This document shows, piece after piece, positions 36,441-50,238 of a stretch of DNA of 64,000 bases. Position 1 is the stretch's first letter; every line of letters starts with the position of its first letter. The translations under genes were made by a program, and so were the position numbers. Under the pieces are notes generated by a model, which was not told the DNA's origin, made no database searches, and saw nothing but the letters and a program-made list of their open reading frames with translations. Source of the stretch: Eledone cirrhosa (Eukaryota); assembly GCA_964016885.1 (NCBI GenBank), contig OZ024742.1:226176001-226240000 (forward strand). The letters are read 5' to 3'.

Positions 36441-36563
36441 AAAGGGTTAATGTTTATTGCCAAGAAGTTTTTTGAATAATAAAAGACGGGTTAAAGCGAC
36501 CTACAATTTATCTGTGTGTATATATATATATGTATATGTATATGTGTTTATATGTGTGTGTAT

Positions 36564-36597
<34 letters not shown>

Positions 36598-36943
36598 AAG
36601 TATATATGTATATATATGTGTGCGTGTGTATGTGCGCACCATGCGCGTGTGTGTGTGCGCGCACGTGTCTGTGTGTGAATGTAGCGAAGATAATACGTCA
36701 GCAATGACGGTATGAAGACAGCCAGGCATACAGACAGATATTATAAGACCGCAACGGATATGGATAACCAGCGCCTAACACCCTTTAACAACAGAAAATT
36801 GAAAAAAAAGCAGTTAATATCTTTAGACCGCAAGGAATATATAAATTCAAGTTTGAAGTCAATCGGAGTAGAAATGTGGATTTGTATAGACTTTGCAAAA
36901 ATGAGGACACACAGACAACATCAGTTTTATATATATAGATTAT

Positions 36944-37332
36944 GGCGGCACATGGCTTAGTGGTTAGAGCATTGGCCTTGCAATCAAAAGGTTGCGAGTT
37001 CAATTCTCAGACTGGGTGATATGTCGTTTTCTTGAGCAAGACACTTTATTTCACATTGCTCCAGTTTACTCAGCTGTAGAAATGAGATGATAGGGACTGG
37101 GGTCCCTATCATTCCACTGCAAAGAGGACGTGTAGGTGCAACAGCAAAAAAGCACCGAGCCCACACTGTAAAGTGGACGTGTAGACGCCATGTAAAAAAA
37201 GCACCCAGCACTCACTGTAAATGAGGTTGGTGTTAGGAAGGGCATCCAGCTGTAGAAATCAAGCCAGAATCAGTTCCCGTCCTACCCTTGCAAGCAGGGA
37301 AAAGCGGACATAAAATGATGATGATGATGATA
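36944..37332 (+). mobile_element. tRNA-derived SINE family B with RTE-derived 3' tail
   Basis: A box TGGCTTAGTGG, B box GAGTTCAATTC, CORE-like ttgagcaagacacttta block, then RTE UTR motifs and tail acccttgcaagcagggaaaagcggacataaaat(gat)n; decayed heads at ~6372, 25130, 47965 and 57610. Confidence 0.8.
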
Positions 37333-37561
37333 TAAAAGGATAAAAAATTGAATATGACAAAGCCAGCCATTAATCGCTCGTATACAGGAATCTGACTGGC
37401 CAGTCTGCTGATATGCAAATCTGGCTGATCAGTGGATCTGCTAATATACAGATCTGACCGATCAGCCAGTCTACTAATATGCAAATCAAGCCGTCATCCA
37501 CTGTATATTTTAGAAAATATCATATATTTTCACTAGCTCTGACAGTTGGTAGGTGAACAGT

Positions 37562-37611
37562 GAATTGTACTGATGAAGGGTATAACCCAGAAACATTAGT
37601 GTCTGCAGTTC
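37562..37611 (+). ncRNA. Minimal type I hammerhead ribozyme (Penelope-type), slightly degenerate
   Basis: Stem I gaattgta/tgcagttc, core CTGATGA, stem II ggg-tataa-ccc, GAAA, stem III ca-ttag-tg, cleavage triplet GTC at 37601-37603. Confidence 0.6.
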
Positions 37612-37740
37612 TGTTTACATGCCAACACAAGAGCAAGAATGAGGGGCACATTCTACTGACATGGCTTTAAAAATGAGGCTTGTTTGCATAATTGCAAACG
37701 AATCAAATATTTTTATTAATATTCGAAAAATTCAGATTAC

Positions 37741-37783
<43 letters not shown>

Positions 37784-38169
37784 CATCATCATTGTTTAAT
37801 GTCTACTTTCCCTGTTAGCAAGAGTTGAACACGTCCACATAGGTCAAGTCAGTACTGTAGCAGGGCTACTAAATTCCCAGACAAGCCAGGGAGTCTGCAT
37901 CTCACTTTCATACAGTCTCACAGAAGTGATTGTCATATATTTGATACAAGTAAAAGGTCCTCCCATCCATTTGTTTGGCAAGCTTTCTACGGCTAAATGC
38001 ACTTCCTATTATCAACCACTTTATATTATCCACTTTATAGCATGTAGTGGGTGCATTACTCGGGTAGATCACCAACACTAGAGAGGTTGTCGTACCATGA
38101 CAAAACTGAAGGGTCTTCTCAATCCTTATATATATATATATATAATAATTGTTTCTACTTTTGGCACAA

Positions 38170-38730
38170 ATAACAATGAAATTATTGTGTAAAGTGCTCA
38201 GGTGCACTACAATTCGTTAAAGGTGCATGTATAGTACATAGAATGATATAAAATGTCAGGGAAGTGAATAGTGTATGAGTCATGATATACATGTGTGTAT
38301 GTGTATGGAGGGGGAACATTAGGTGTAGTGTTGGCAAATCTCGGGGAGCATGGAGGTTTTAAAGGATGCAGTGTCTCGACAGCTAATAACTGATGCAGGT
38401 AGTTTGTTCCATGCTTCAGCAACTCTGAGCATGAAAAAAGGTTTCCGAAAGTCATGGGAACTGTGCTATTTTCTGACTTTGTGAGCATGCCCACGTGTGT
38501 TAGACACATGGAAATCAAAAAGGTGCTCAGGGTTGTTGTTGGCAAGAGGGTTAACAATTTTGTGGGTGTTTACCAAGTCAGTTGCCAGACGTCGGAGCTT
38601 CAATGTATCCATGCCCAGGGAAGCAAGAATATGGTAGCTACCTGATGGAGGGTATTCGCTTGGTTGCACGTCTCTGAACAGTTTCCAGGAGGTCAATGTT
38701 CTGAGCAAGTTAGGAGTTCCAGACTGGTGA
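38170..38730 (-). mobile_element. CR1-like LINE 3' fragment
   Basis: Reverse-complement homolog of 15575-16310; LASLGMDTLKLRRLATDL..HKIV...NTRGHAHKVRK. Confidence 0.8.
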
Positions 38731-39277
38731 TGCAAATTATATATATATACATAAAGTACAAAGACGGTGTGGTCAGATACCAGGTGGACAATAACGCACC
38801 AGAGTATGTGGTTGGTATTAGGAAGGGCATCCAGCCGTAGAAAACCTACCATATAGTCCTATATGAGCGTGACACAGTCACCTGATCAATCTTGCCTCAA
38901 ATGGGACAATACCACTCTAACCCATGCTAGCGTAGAAGATAGACATTAAACGATGATGATGATGATATATGCCCCGCCCTGCCCCTACGATCTACTATCC
39001 TTCTGTCTCTCTATCACATACATAATAAACTATATGCAATTCTCCTTTCCTGTCCTTCATATTTACTCACGCACACACACACTCATACATAAACACACAC
39101 ATATACATAAATACACACTCACATAAATAAACACACTATCATATGCACGTCTCTTTACATCGCCTCTTCCCCCTATTCACATATTATCCACCATATTATA
39201 TATATATATATATATACATGTATATATGTGTGTGTATGTATTATGTCACACACACTGTAAAACAGGTAACGTAGACT

Positions 39278-40306
39278 GAGTGTCATAACCTATGACTGGC
39301 TAGTAGCAGTTTCATTGTCAACTCATTTCCTAGGGTAAAGAAACAGAGGTATCATATCTAATGACTGGTGTAGTAGTATCATTGTCAACTGTTACCTAGG
39401 GTAAAGAGAGAGAGAGAGAGCTATCATATCTAATGACTGGTGTAGTAGTATCATTGTCAACTGTTACCTAGGGTAAAGAGAGAGAGAGAGAGAGAGGTAT
39501 CATATCTAATGACTGGTGTAGTAGTATCATTGTCAACTGTTACCTAGGGTAAAGAGAGAGAGAGAGAGAGAGGTATCATATCTAATGACTGGTGTAGTAG
39601 TATCATTGTCAACTGTTACCTAGGGTAAAGAGAGAGAGAGAGAGAGCTATCATATCTAATGACTGTGTAGTAGTATCATTGTCAACTGTTTACCTAGGGT
39701 AAAGAGAGAGAGAGAGAGAGAGGTATCATATCTAATGACTGGTGTAGTAGTATCATTGTCAACTGTTACCTAGGGTAAAGAGAGAGAGAGAGAGAGAGGT
39801 ATCATATCTAATGACTGGTGTAGTAGTATCATTGTCAACTGTTACCTAGGGTAAAGAGAGAGAGAGAGAGAGCTATCATATCTAATGACTGGTGTAGTAG
39901 TATCATTGTCATCTGCTACCTAGGGTAAAGAGAGAGAGAGAGAGAGAGGTAATCATATCTAATGACTGGTGTAGTAGTATCATTGTCAACTGTTACCTAG
40001 GGTAAGAGAGAGAGAGAGAGAGAGGTATCATATCTAATGACTGGTGTAGTAGTATCATTGTCAACTGTTACCTAGGGTAAAGAGAGAGAGAGAGAGAGAG
40101 CTATCATATCTAATGACTGGTGTAGTAGTATCATTGTCATCTGCTACCTAGGGTAAAGAGAGAGAGAGAGAGAGAGAGAGGTATCATATCTAATGACTGG
40201 TGTAGTAGTATCATTGTCAACTGTTACCTAGGGTAAAGAGAGAGAGAGGAAGGTATCATATCTAATGACTGGTGTAGTAGTATCATTGTCAACTGTTTCC
40301 TAGGGG

Positions 40307-40345
<39 letters not shown>

Positions 40346-40397
40346 CATATCTAATGACTGGTGTAGTAGTATCATTGTCAACTGTTTCCTAGGGTAA

Positions 40398-40459
<62 letters not shown>

Positions 40460-40765
40460 TGGTATCATATCTAATGACTGGTGTAGTAGTATCATTGTCA
40501 ACTGTTACCTAGGATAAAGGGAGAGAGAGAGAGAGAGAGAGGTATCATATCTAATGACTGGTGTAGTAGTATCATTGTCAACTGTTACCTAGAGTAAAGG
40601 GAGAGAGAGAGAAAGAGAGAGGGTATCATATCTAATGACTGTTGTAGTAGTATCATTGTCAATTGTTACCTAGAGTAAAGGGAGAGAGAGAGAAAGAGAG
40701 AGGTATCATATCTAATGACTGGTGTAGTAGTAGTCATCGTCAACTGTACCAAGGGTAAAGAGAGA

Positions 40766-40800
<35 letters not shown>

Positions 40801-40925
40801 CATATCTAATGACTGGTGTAGTAGTGTCATTGTCAACTGTTACCTAGGGTAAAGAGAGAGAGGGAGAGAGAGAGGTGTCATATCTAATGACTGGTGTAGT
40901 AGTATCATTGTCAACTGTTACCTAG

Positions 40926-40982
<57 letters not shown>

Positions 40983-41034
40983 CATATCTAATGACTGGTG
41001 TAGTAGTATCATTGTCAACTGTTTCCTAGGGTAA

Positions 41035-41068
<34 letters not shown>

Positions 41069-41575
41069 TGAGAGAGAGAGAGAGAGAGACAGAGAGAGAG
41101 AGGTATCATATCTAATGACTGGTGTAGTAGTATCATTGTCAACTGTTACCTAGGATAAAGAGAGAGAGAGAGAGAGAGGTATCATATCTAATGACTGGTG
41201 AAGTAGTATCATTGTCAACTGTTACCTAGAGTAAAGGGAGAGAGAGAGAAAGAGAGAGGGGTATCATATCTATGACTGGTGTAGTAGTATCATTGTCAAT
41301 TGTTACCTAGAGTAAAGGGAGAGAGAGAGAGAAGAGAGAGGTAGCATATCTAATGACTGGTGTAGTAGTATCATCGTCAACTGTTACCAAGGGTAAAGAG
41401 AGAGAGGGAGGGAGAGAGAGAGAGAGAGGTATCATATCTAATGACTGGTGTAGTAGTATCATTGTCAACTGTTACCTAGGGTAAATGGAGAGAGAGAGAA
41501 AGAGAGAGGAATCATATCTAATGACTGGTGTAGTAGTATCATTGTCAACTGTTACCTAGGGTAAAGAGAGAGAGG

Positions 41576-41641
<66 letters not shown>

Positions 41642-41924
41642 ATCATATCTAATGACTGGTGTAGTAGAATCATTGTCAATTGGTACCTAGGGTAAAGAGA
41701 GAGAGGGAGGGAGAGAGGTGTCATATCTAATGACTGGTGTAGTAGTATCATTGTCAACTGTTACCTATGGTAAAGAGAGAGAGAGAGAGGTATCATATCT
41801 AATGACTGGTGTAGTAGTATCATTGTCAACTGTTACCTAGGGTAAAGGGAGAGAGAGAGAAGAGAGAGGAATCATATCTAATGACTGGTGTAGTAGTATC
41901 ATTGTCAACTGTTTCCTAGGGTAA

Positions 41925-41999
<75 letters not shown>

Positions 42000-42459
42000 A
42001 GAGAGAGGAGGAGAGAGAGAGAGAGAGAGAAGAGATGAGAGAGGAGAGAGAGAGAGAGGAAAGAGAGAGAGAGAGAGCGATCATATCTGAATGACTGGTG
42101 TAGTAGTATCATTGTCAATTGGTACCTAGGGTAAAGAGAGAGAGGGAGAGAGAGTGGTGTCATATCTAATGACTGGTGTAGTAGTATCATTGTCAACTGT
42201 TACCTAGAGTAAAGGGAGAGGGAGAGAAAAAGAGAGGTATCATATCTAATGACTGGTGTCAGTAGTATCATTGTCAACTGTTACCTAGAGTAAAGGAGAG
42301 AGAGAGAAAGAGAGAGGTATCATATCTAATGACTGGTGTAGTAGTATCATCGTCAACTGTTACCTAGGGTAAAGAGAGAGAGAGAGAAAGAGAGAGGATC
42401 ATATCTAATGACTGGTGTAGTAGTATCATTGTCAACTGTTACCCTAGGGTAAACAGAGA

Positions 42460-42498
<39 letters not shown>

Positions 42499-43436
42499 AT
42501 CATATCTAATGACTGGTGTAGTAGTATCATTGTCAATTGGTACCTAGGGTAAAGAGAGAGAGGGAGAGAGAGAGGTGTCATATCTAATGACTGGTGTAGT
42601 AGTATCATTGTCAACTGTTACCTATGGTAAGAGAGAGAGAGAGAGGTATCATATCTAATGACTGGTGTAGTAGTATCATTGTCAACTGTTACCTAGGGTA
42701 AAGGGAGAGAGAGAGAAAGAGAGAGGAATCATATCTAATGACTGGTGTAGTAGTATCATTGTCAACTGTTACCTAGGGTAAAGAGAGATGAGAGAGAGAG
42801 AGGTATCATATCTAATGACTGGTGTAGTAGTATCATTGTCAACTGTTACCTAGGGTAAAGAGAGAGAGAGAGAGAGAGGTATCATATCTAATGACTGGTG
42901 TAGTAGTATCATTGTCAACTGTTATCTAGGGTAAAGAGAGAGAGAGAGCAGAGCTATCATATCTAATGACTGGTGTAGTAGTATCATTGTCATCTGCTAC
43001 CTAGGGTAAAGAGAGAGAGAGAGAGAGAGGTATCATATCTAATGACTGGTGATAGAGTATCATTGTCAACTGTTACCTAGGATAAAGAGAGAGAGAGAGA
43101 GAGAGAGAGGTATCATATCTAATGACTGGTGTAGTAGTATCATTGTCAACTGTTACCTAGAGTAAAGGGAAGAGAGAGAGAAAGAGAGAGGTATCTTATC
43201 TAATGACTGTTGTAGTAGTATCATTGTCACTTGTTACCTAGAGTAAAGGGAGAGAGAGAGAAAGAGAGAGGTATCATATCTAATGACTGGTGTAGTAGTA
43301 TCATCGTCAACTATTACCAAGGGTAAAGAGAGAGAGGGAGGGAGAGAGAGAGAGAGAGAGGTATCATATCTAATGACTGGTGTAGTAGTATCATTGTCAA
43401 CTGTTTCCTAGGGTAAAGAGAGAGAGAGAGAGAGAG

Positions 43437-43473
<37 letters not shown>

Positions 43474-43703
43474 CATATCTAATGACTGGTGTAGTAGTAT
43501 CATNNNNNNNNNNNNNNNNNNNNNNNNNNNNNNNNNNNNNNNNNNNNNNNNNNNNNNNNNNNNNNNNNNNNNNNNNNNNNNNNNNNNNNNNNNNNNNNNN
43601 NNNNNNNNNNNNNNNNNNNNNNNNNNNNNNNNNNNNNNNNNNNNNNNNNNNNNNNNNNNNNNNNNNNNNNNNNNNNNNNNNNNNNNNNNNNNNNNNNNNN
43701 NNN

Positions 43704-43739
<36 letters not shown>

Positions 43740-43793
43740 GAGGTATCATATCTAATGACTGTTGTAGTAGTATCATTGTCAACTGTTACCTAG

Positions 43794-43824
<31 letters not shown>

Positions 43825-43897
43825 CTATCATATCTAATGACTGGTGTAGTAGTATCATTGTCAACTGTTACCTAGGGTAAAGAGAGAGAGAGAGAGT

Positions 43898-43936
<39 letters not shown>

Positions 43937-44191
43937 CATGTCTAATGACTGGTGTAGTAGTATAATTGTCAACTGTTACCTAGGGTAAAGGGAGAGAGAG
44001 AGAGAGAGAGGTATCATATCTAATGACTGGTGTAGTAGTATCATTGTCAACTGTTACATAGGGTAAAGGTAGAGAGAGAGAGAGACAGAGAGAGAGGTAT
44101 CATATCTAATGACTGGTGTAGTAGTATCCTAGTCAACTGTGACCTAGAGTAAAGGGAGAGAGTGAGAGTGAGCGAGAGATAGAGAGTGAGT

Positions 44192-44248
<57 letters not shown>

Positions 44249-44469
44249 ATCATATCTAATGACTGGTGTAGTAGTATCCTTGTCAACTGTTACCTAGAGT
44301 AAAGGGAGAGAGAGAGGTATCATATCTAATGACTGGTGTTGTAGTATCCTTGTCAACTGTTACCTAGGGCAAAGAGAGAGAGAGAGAGAGAGAGAGCTAT
44401 CATATCTAATGACTGGTGTAGTAGTATCATTGTCAACTGTTACCTAGGGTAAAGAGAGAGAGAGAGAGT

Positions 44470-44506
<37 letters not shown>

Positions 44507-44634
44507 CATGTCTAATGACTGGTGTAGTAGTATAATTGTCAACTGTTACCTAGGGTAAAGGGAGAGAGAGAGAGAGAGAGGTATCATATCTAATGACTGG
44601 TGTAGTAGTATCATTGTCAACTGTTACCTAGGGT

Positions 44635-44682
<48 letters not shown>

Positions 44683-45250
44683 ATCATATCTAATGCCTGG
44701 TGTAGTAGTATCATTGTCAACTGTTACGTATTGGTAAAGGGAGGAGAGAGAGAGAGAGAGGGATAGAGGTATCATATCTAATGACTGGTGTAGTAGTATC
44801 CTTGTCAACTGTTACCTAGGGTAAAGAGAGAGAGGGAGAGAGACAGAGGTATCATATCTAATGACTGGTCTAGTAGTATCCTTGTCAACTGTTACCTAGG
44901 GTAAAGAGAGAGAGGGAGAGAGAGAGAGGTATCATATCTAATGACTGGTCTAGTAGTATCCTTGTCAACTGTTACCTAGGGTTAAGAGAGAGAGGGAGAG
45001 AGAGAGAGGTATCATATCTAATGACTGGTGTAGTAGTATCATTGTCAACTGTTACCTAGGGTAAAGAGAGAGAGGGAGAGAGAGAGAGGTATCATATCTA
45101 ATGACTGGTGAGCAGTATCCTTGTCAACTGTTACCTAGGGTAAAGAGAGAGAGGGAGAGAGAGAGAGGTATCATATCTAATGACTGGTGTAGTAGTATCA
45201 TTGTCAACTGTTACCTAGGGTAAAGAGAGAGACACAGAGAGAGAGAGAGG

Positions 45251-45324
<74 letters not shown>

Positions 45325-45641
45325 CTATCATATCTAATGTCTGGTGTAGTAGTATCATTGTCAACTGTTACCTAGGGTAAAGGGAGAGAGAGAGAGAGAG
45401 AGAGAAGTATCATATCTAATGACTGTTGTAGTAGTATCATTGTCAACTGTTACCTAGGTTAAAGAGATAGAGGGGAGAGAGGGAGGTATCATATCTACTA
45501 CTGGTGTAGTAGTATCATTGTCAACTGTTACCTAGTGTAAAGAGAGAGAGAGAGAGAGAGAGGGAGAGAGGTATCATATCTAATGACTGGTGTAGTAGTA
45601 TCATTGTCAACTGTTACCTAGGGTAAAGAGAGAGAGAGGAG

Positions 45642-45690
<49 letters not shown>

Positions 45691-45753
45691 GTATTATATC
45701 TAATGACTGGTGTAGTAGTATCCTTGTCAACTGTTACCTAGGGTAAAGAGAGA

Positions 45754-45784
<31 letters not shown>

Positions 45785-45838
45785 GTATTATATCTAATGA
45801 CTGGTGTAGTAGTATCATTGCCAACTGTTACCTAGGGT

Positions 45839-45879
<41 letters not shown>

Positions 45880-45981
45880 GAGAGAGAGAGAGAGAGAGAG
45901 AGAGAGTGAGAGAGAGAGAGAGAGAGAGAGGTATTATATCTAATGACTGGTGTAGTAGTATCATTGTCAACTGTTACCTAG

Positions 45982-46020
<39 letters not shown>

Positions 46021-46074
46021 GTATCATATCTAATGACTGGTGTAGTAGTATCATTGTCAACTGTTACCTAGGGT

Positions 46075-46138
<64 letters not shown>

Positions 46139-46269
46139 CTCATATCTAATGACTGGTGTAGTAGTATCATTGTCAACTCTTACCTAGGGTAAAGAGAGAG
46201 AGTGAGAGAGAGAGGTATCATATCTAATGACTGGTGTAGTAGATCCTTGTCAACTGTTACCTAGGGTAA

Positions 46270-46308
<39 letters not shown>

Positions 46309-46405
46309 GGGGGAGAGAGATAGAGAGAGACAGAGAGAGAGAGAGAGCTATCATATCTAATGTCTGGTGTAGTAGTATCATAGTCAACTGTTACCTAGGT
46401 AAAGG

Positions 46406-46462
<57 letters not shown>

Positions 46463-47032
46463 CGAGAGAGAGTGAGAGGTATCATATCTAATGTCTGGTG
46501 TAGTAGTATCATTGTCAACTGTTACCTAGGGTAAAGGTAGAGAGAGAGAGAGAGACAGAGGTATCATATCTAATGACTGGTCTAGTAGTATCCTTGTCAA
46601 CTGTTACCTAGGGTAAAGAGAGAGAGGGAGAGAGAGAGAGGTATCATATCTAATGACTGGTGTAGTAGTATCATTGTCAACTGTTACCTAGGGTAAAGAG
46701 AGAGCAGTGAGAGAGAGGTATCATATCTAATGACTGGTGTAGTAGTATCCTTGTCAACTGTTACCTAGGGTAAAGAGAGAGACACAGAGAGAGAGAGAGG
46801 GAGAGAGAGAGAGAGAGAGAGAAGTATCATATCTAATGACTGTTGTAGTAGTATCATTGTCAACTGTTACCTAGGGCAAAGAGAGAGAGAGAGAGAGAGA
46901 GGTATCATATCTAATGACTGGTGTAGTAGTATCATTGTCAACTGTTACCTAGGTTAAAGAGAGAGAAGGAGAGAGGGAGGTATCATATCTACTACTGGTG
47001 TAGTAGTATCATTGTCAACTGTTACCTAGTGT

Positions 47033-47070
<38 letters not shown>

Positions 47071-47212
47071 GTATCATATCTAATGACTGGTGTAGTAGTA
47101 TCATTGTCAACTGTTACCTAGTGTAATGAGAGCGAGAGAGAGAGAGAGGGAGAGAGGTATCATATCTAATGACTGGTGTTATAGTATCATTGTCAACTGT
47201 TACCTAGGGTAA

Positions 47213-47258
<46 letters not shown>

Positions 47259-47430
47259 CATATCTAATGACTGGTGTAGTCGTATCATTGTCAACTGTTA
47301 CCTGAGGTAGAGAGCCAGAGGGAGAGAGAGAGAGAGAAAGAGAGAGAAAAAGAGAGAGAGAGAGAAAGAGAGAGAGATAGACAGGCAGATAGACAGAGAG
47401 AGAGAGATATCTTATGTAATGACTGGTAAA
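39278..47430 (+). repeat. Satellite array: ~58-bp RTE-derived unit + variable (GA)n spacer, roughly 90 units, spanning an N gap
   Basis: GGTATCATATCTAATGACTGGTGTAGTAGTATCATTGTCAACTGTTACCTAGGGTAAA(GA)n repeated throughout. Confidence 0.97.
43504..43703. other. Assembly gap (200 N)
   Basis: Run of N inside the satellite; true array length unknown. Confidence 1.
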
Positions 47431-48224
47431 GTATAATATGTATGTATAAAGAATAGTTTTCCAGAAAGGAATGGAAAGGGACCACAGTTAGATAAGGAAC
47501 TCAATACATTAAGTAGAGAAGATATATGATTTATTTCATATAGAAATTACAGGATTAGCAATGTTTCAGCGCTTTGAAATCATCAGAAAATATGTGTATC
47601 AAATATCAACCAAGATATAAAAAAAAATTCTATATGCGATAAACATAACATGTACATAAATCCTAGCGCATATACAAATAGATGTGTGTTTTGGTAGGTT
47701 GGGGAGAAAAATATAATTATGGGGATGGGGACATGCCCTCCCCGCTTTCCCGGCCACCTCCAGTTCCACTGTCCCTGTGTGTACATATATGGGTGTATGT
47801 GTGCAGGTGTTATTGGACTTCCATCAATGTCGACAAAAAGTCTTCCAGTTGTTTGATCAACGGAACAGCCTACTCATGAAATCAACCTGTAGGTAGCTAA
47901 GAATTACACAGACATTGTGATAAGGCTGGCTTTTCGAATCAGGTATAACTTAGGTTTTTGAGATGAGTGGACTGGAGCAACATGAAATAAAGCATCCTGA
48001 GATGCATCAAAGAGAACACACTGCCAGGTCTGAGAATTGAACTTACAACTTTATGAACATGACCCTAACATCCTAACAACTAAGCACTGTGCCTTCACAC
48101 ACACACATACATACATATATAAGTATATGTATATTATCATTTAACATGTTTTCCCTGCTTATATATATGTGTGTGTGTGTATTGCTTGTATGTGTGTGTG
48201 TGTGTGTACATATACACATATATA

Positions 48225-49350
48225 TAATATCTTTTGTTATCAGCAGATGTAACAGCTCTCTTAACTTTTTCCACTCCATTCTTATTCTGGCTATTATGCT
48301 TTTAGAATACCCATCTCTACAGCTAATTAGGTCATTGAGGTAACAAAAGCAATCAACCACTTTTAAAGCGCCTTCTGAAGATTTGAAGGAAACCATTACA
48401 TATGTACTTTTACGGTTGACTGTTCATGTGCATCTGTTGCAAACCAAATCTGCCTTCTTTACCAGCCTGTCTGTGATCCTACATCTCTTGTGTGTCCAGA
48501 ATTTACACTGGGTACACTGTTCCCGCCGAGGTTAACTTTGCCTTTCATCCTTACAGGGTCGATAAAATAAAGTACCAGTAATGTACTGGGATAATTGCCG
48601 GCTTCGTACCAAAAGTAGAAATTATAATCCTCATTTTATGCATGCTTTTCTATACCAGCATGGATTGGACTGGTTATTACAGACCAAGCCAATACTTAAT
48701 CAAGGCTACTGTCCTCCAGGTGAGCCAGGAAACCATGCCTTGCTTACATACATTCAACTTTGGGAAGGGTTTCTATGCTTTTCTATATATCAAGCATGAC
48801 CATAACTTACTTTCTTACTGAATAAAACCTTAGTCTTTGTTAAGTTTACTTTGAGGTCTCACAATTTTAGATTTTGCTATTGTTTGGAATTTCATCTGTA
48901 AATCTTCTGCAGATTCAGCTATGAAGAACTAAATCATCAACATACAGGAATCATGATGGATAGCCAGTCATGAATTCCACTGTTATGGCCTGGAGGGAGC
49001 TGAGAACTTAGCCCTGATAAACACTTGTTTGTATATTAAATTCATCACTAAACTCCTTATTAACTTCCACCAAGCTAACAACCCCTTGATATATAGCTTG
49101 TGAGACCCATACATGCAAGTCATCTCCTTAAAAACCATCACTTTTCAGAATGTAGAATGCTGTAAAAGCCCTTCTCCAGGCTAACAAAAGTCAAATGGTA
49201 GGGTTCACTCCTAGTTCAGTATTTCTACAGTTGTACTATAATTCTCCATAACTTTCATAACCTGGTTCAACAATTTCATGTGCCTGTAATTGCCTCTATG
49301 TAATTGCCTTTCTTTCCCTGTAATAGTTGACAATAACAGTGGATATGACA
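48225..49350 (-). mobile_element. Decayed RTE LINE, parent of the satellite, with nested SINE A fragment (48521-48625, plus)
   Basis: Minus strand reads IVNYY, GNYRHMKLLNQVMKVME, LTFVSLEKGF, YVDDL, IAESAEDL, KVNLTKTKV, WTHKRCR, VVDCFCYLNDLIS in RTE order. Confidence 0.8.
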
Positions 49351-49716
49351 CTCTCCTCTTTCCACAGTTGACAGTGATACCACTACAATACCAGTCACTG
49401 GATATGATGCCCCCCCCTCTCTCTCTCTCCCTTTACCCTAGGTAACAATTGACAATGATACTACTACACCAGTCATTAGATATACCTCTCTCTCTCTCCC
49501 TCTCGCTCTCTCTTTACCCTAGGTAACAGTTGACAGTGATACAACTACACCAGTCATTAGATATGATACCTCTCTCTCTCTCTCTCTCTACCTCAGGAAA
49601 CAGTTGACAATGATACTACTACTACACCAGTCATCAGATATGATACCTCTCTTTATTTACCCTAGGTAACAGTTGACAGTGATACCACTACAATACCAGT
49701 CACTGGATATGATACC

Positions 49717-49757
<41 letters not shown>

Positions 49758-50204
49758 CTCTCTCTCTCTCTTTACCCTAGGTAACAGTTGACAAGGATAC
49801 TACTACACCAGTCATTAGATATGATACCTCTCTCTCTCTCTCTCTCCCTTTACCCTAGGTAACAGTTGACAATGATACTACTACACCAGTCATTAGATAT
49901 GATACCTCTCTCTCCCTGCCTCTCTCTCTTTACCTTAGGTAACAGTTGACAATGATACTACTACACCAGTCATTAGATATGATACCTCTCTCTCCCTGCC
50001 TCTTTCTCTTTACCCTAGGTAACAGTTGACAATGATACTACTACACCAGTCATTAGATATGATAGCTCTCTCTCTCTCCCTTTACCCTAGGTAACAGTTG
50101 ACAATGATACTACTACACCAGTCATTAGATATGATACCTCTCTCTCTTTCTTTACCCTAGGAAATGAGTTGACAATGAAACTGCTACACCAGTCATTAGA
50201 TATG

Positions 50205-50238
<34 letters not shown>

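Noticed and set aside
36944-37015. tRNA gene
   Set aside because: A/B boxes are present but it continues into SINE body and RTE tail; no proper acceptor stem or terminator. The same applies to SINE A heads.
40307-47485. ORFs such as MTMILLHQSLDMIPLSLSLS and ERERER
   Set aside because: Translations of the satellite and (GA)n; stops recur in each unit.
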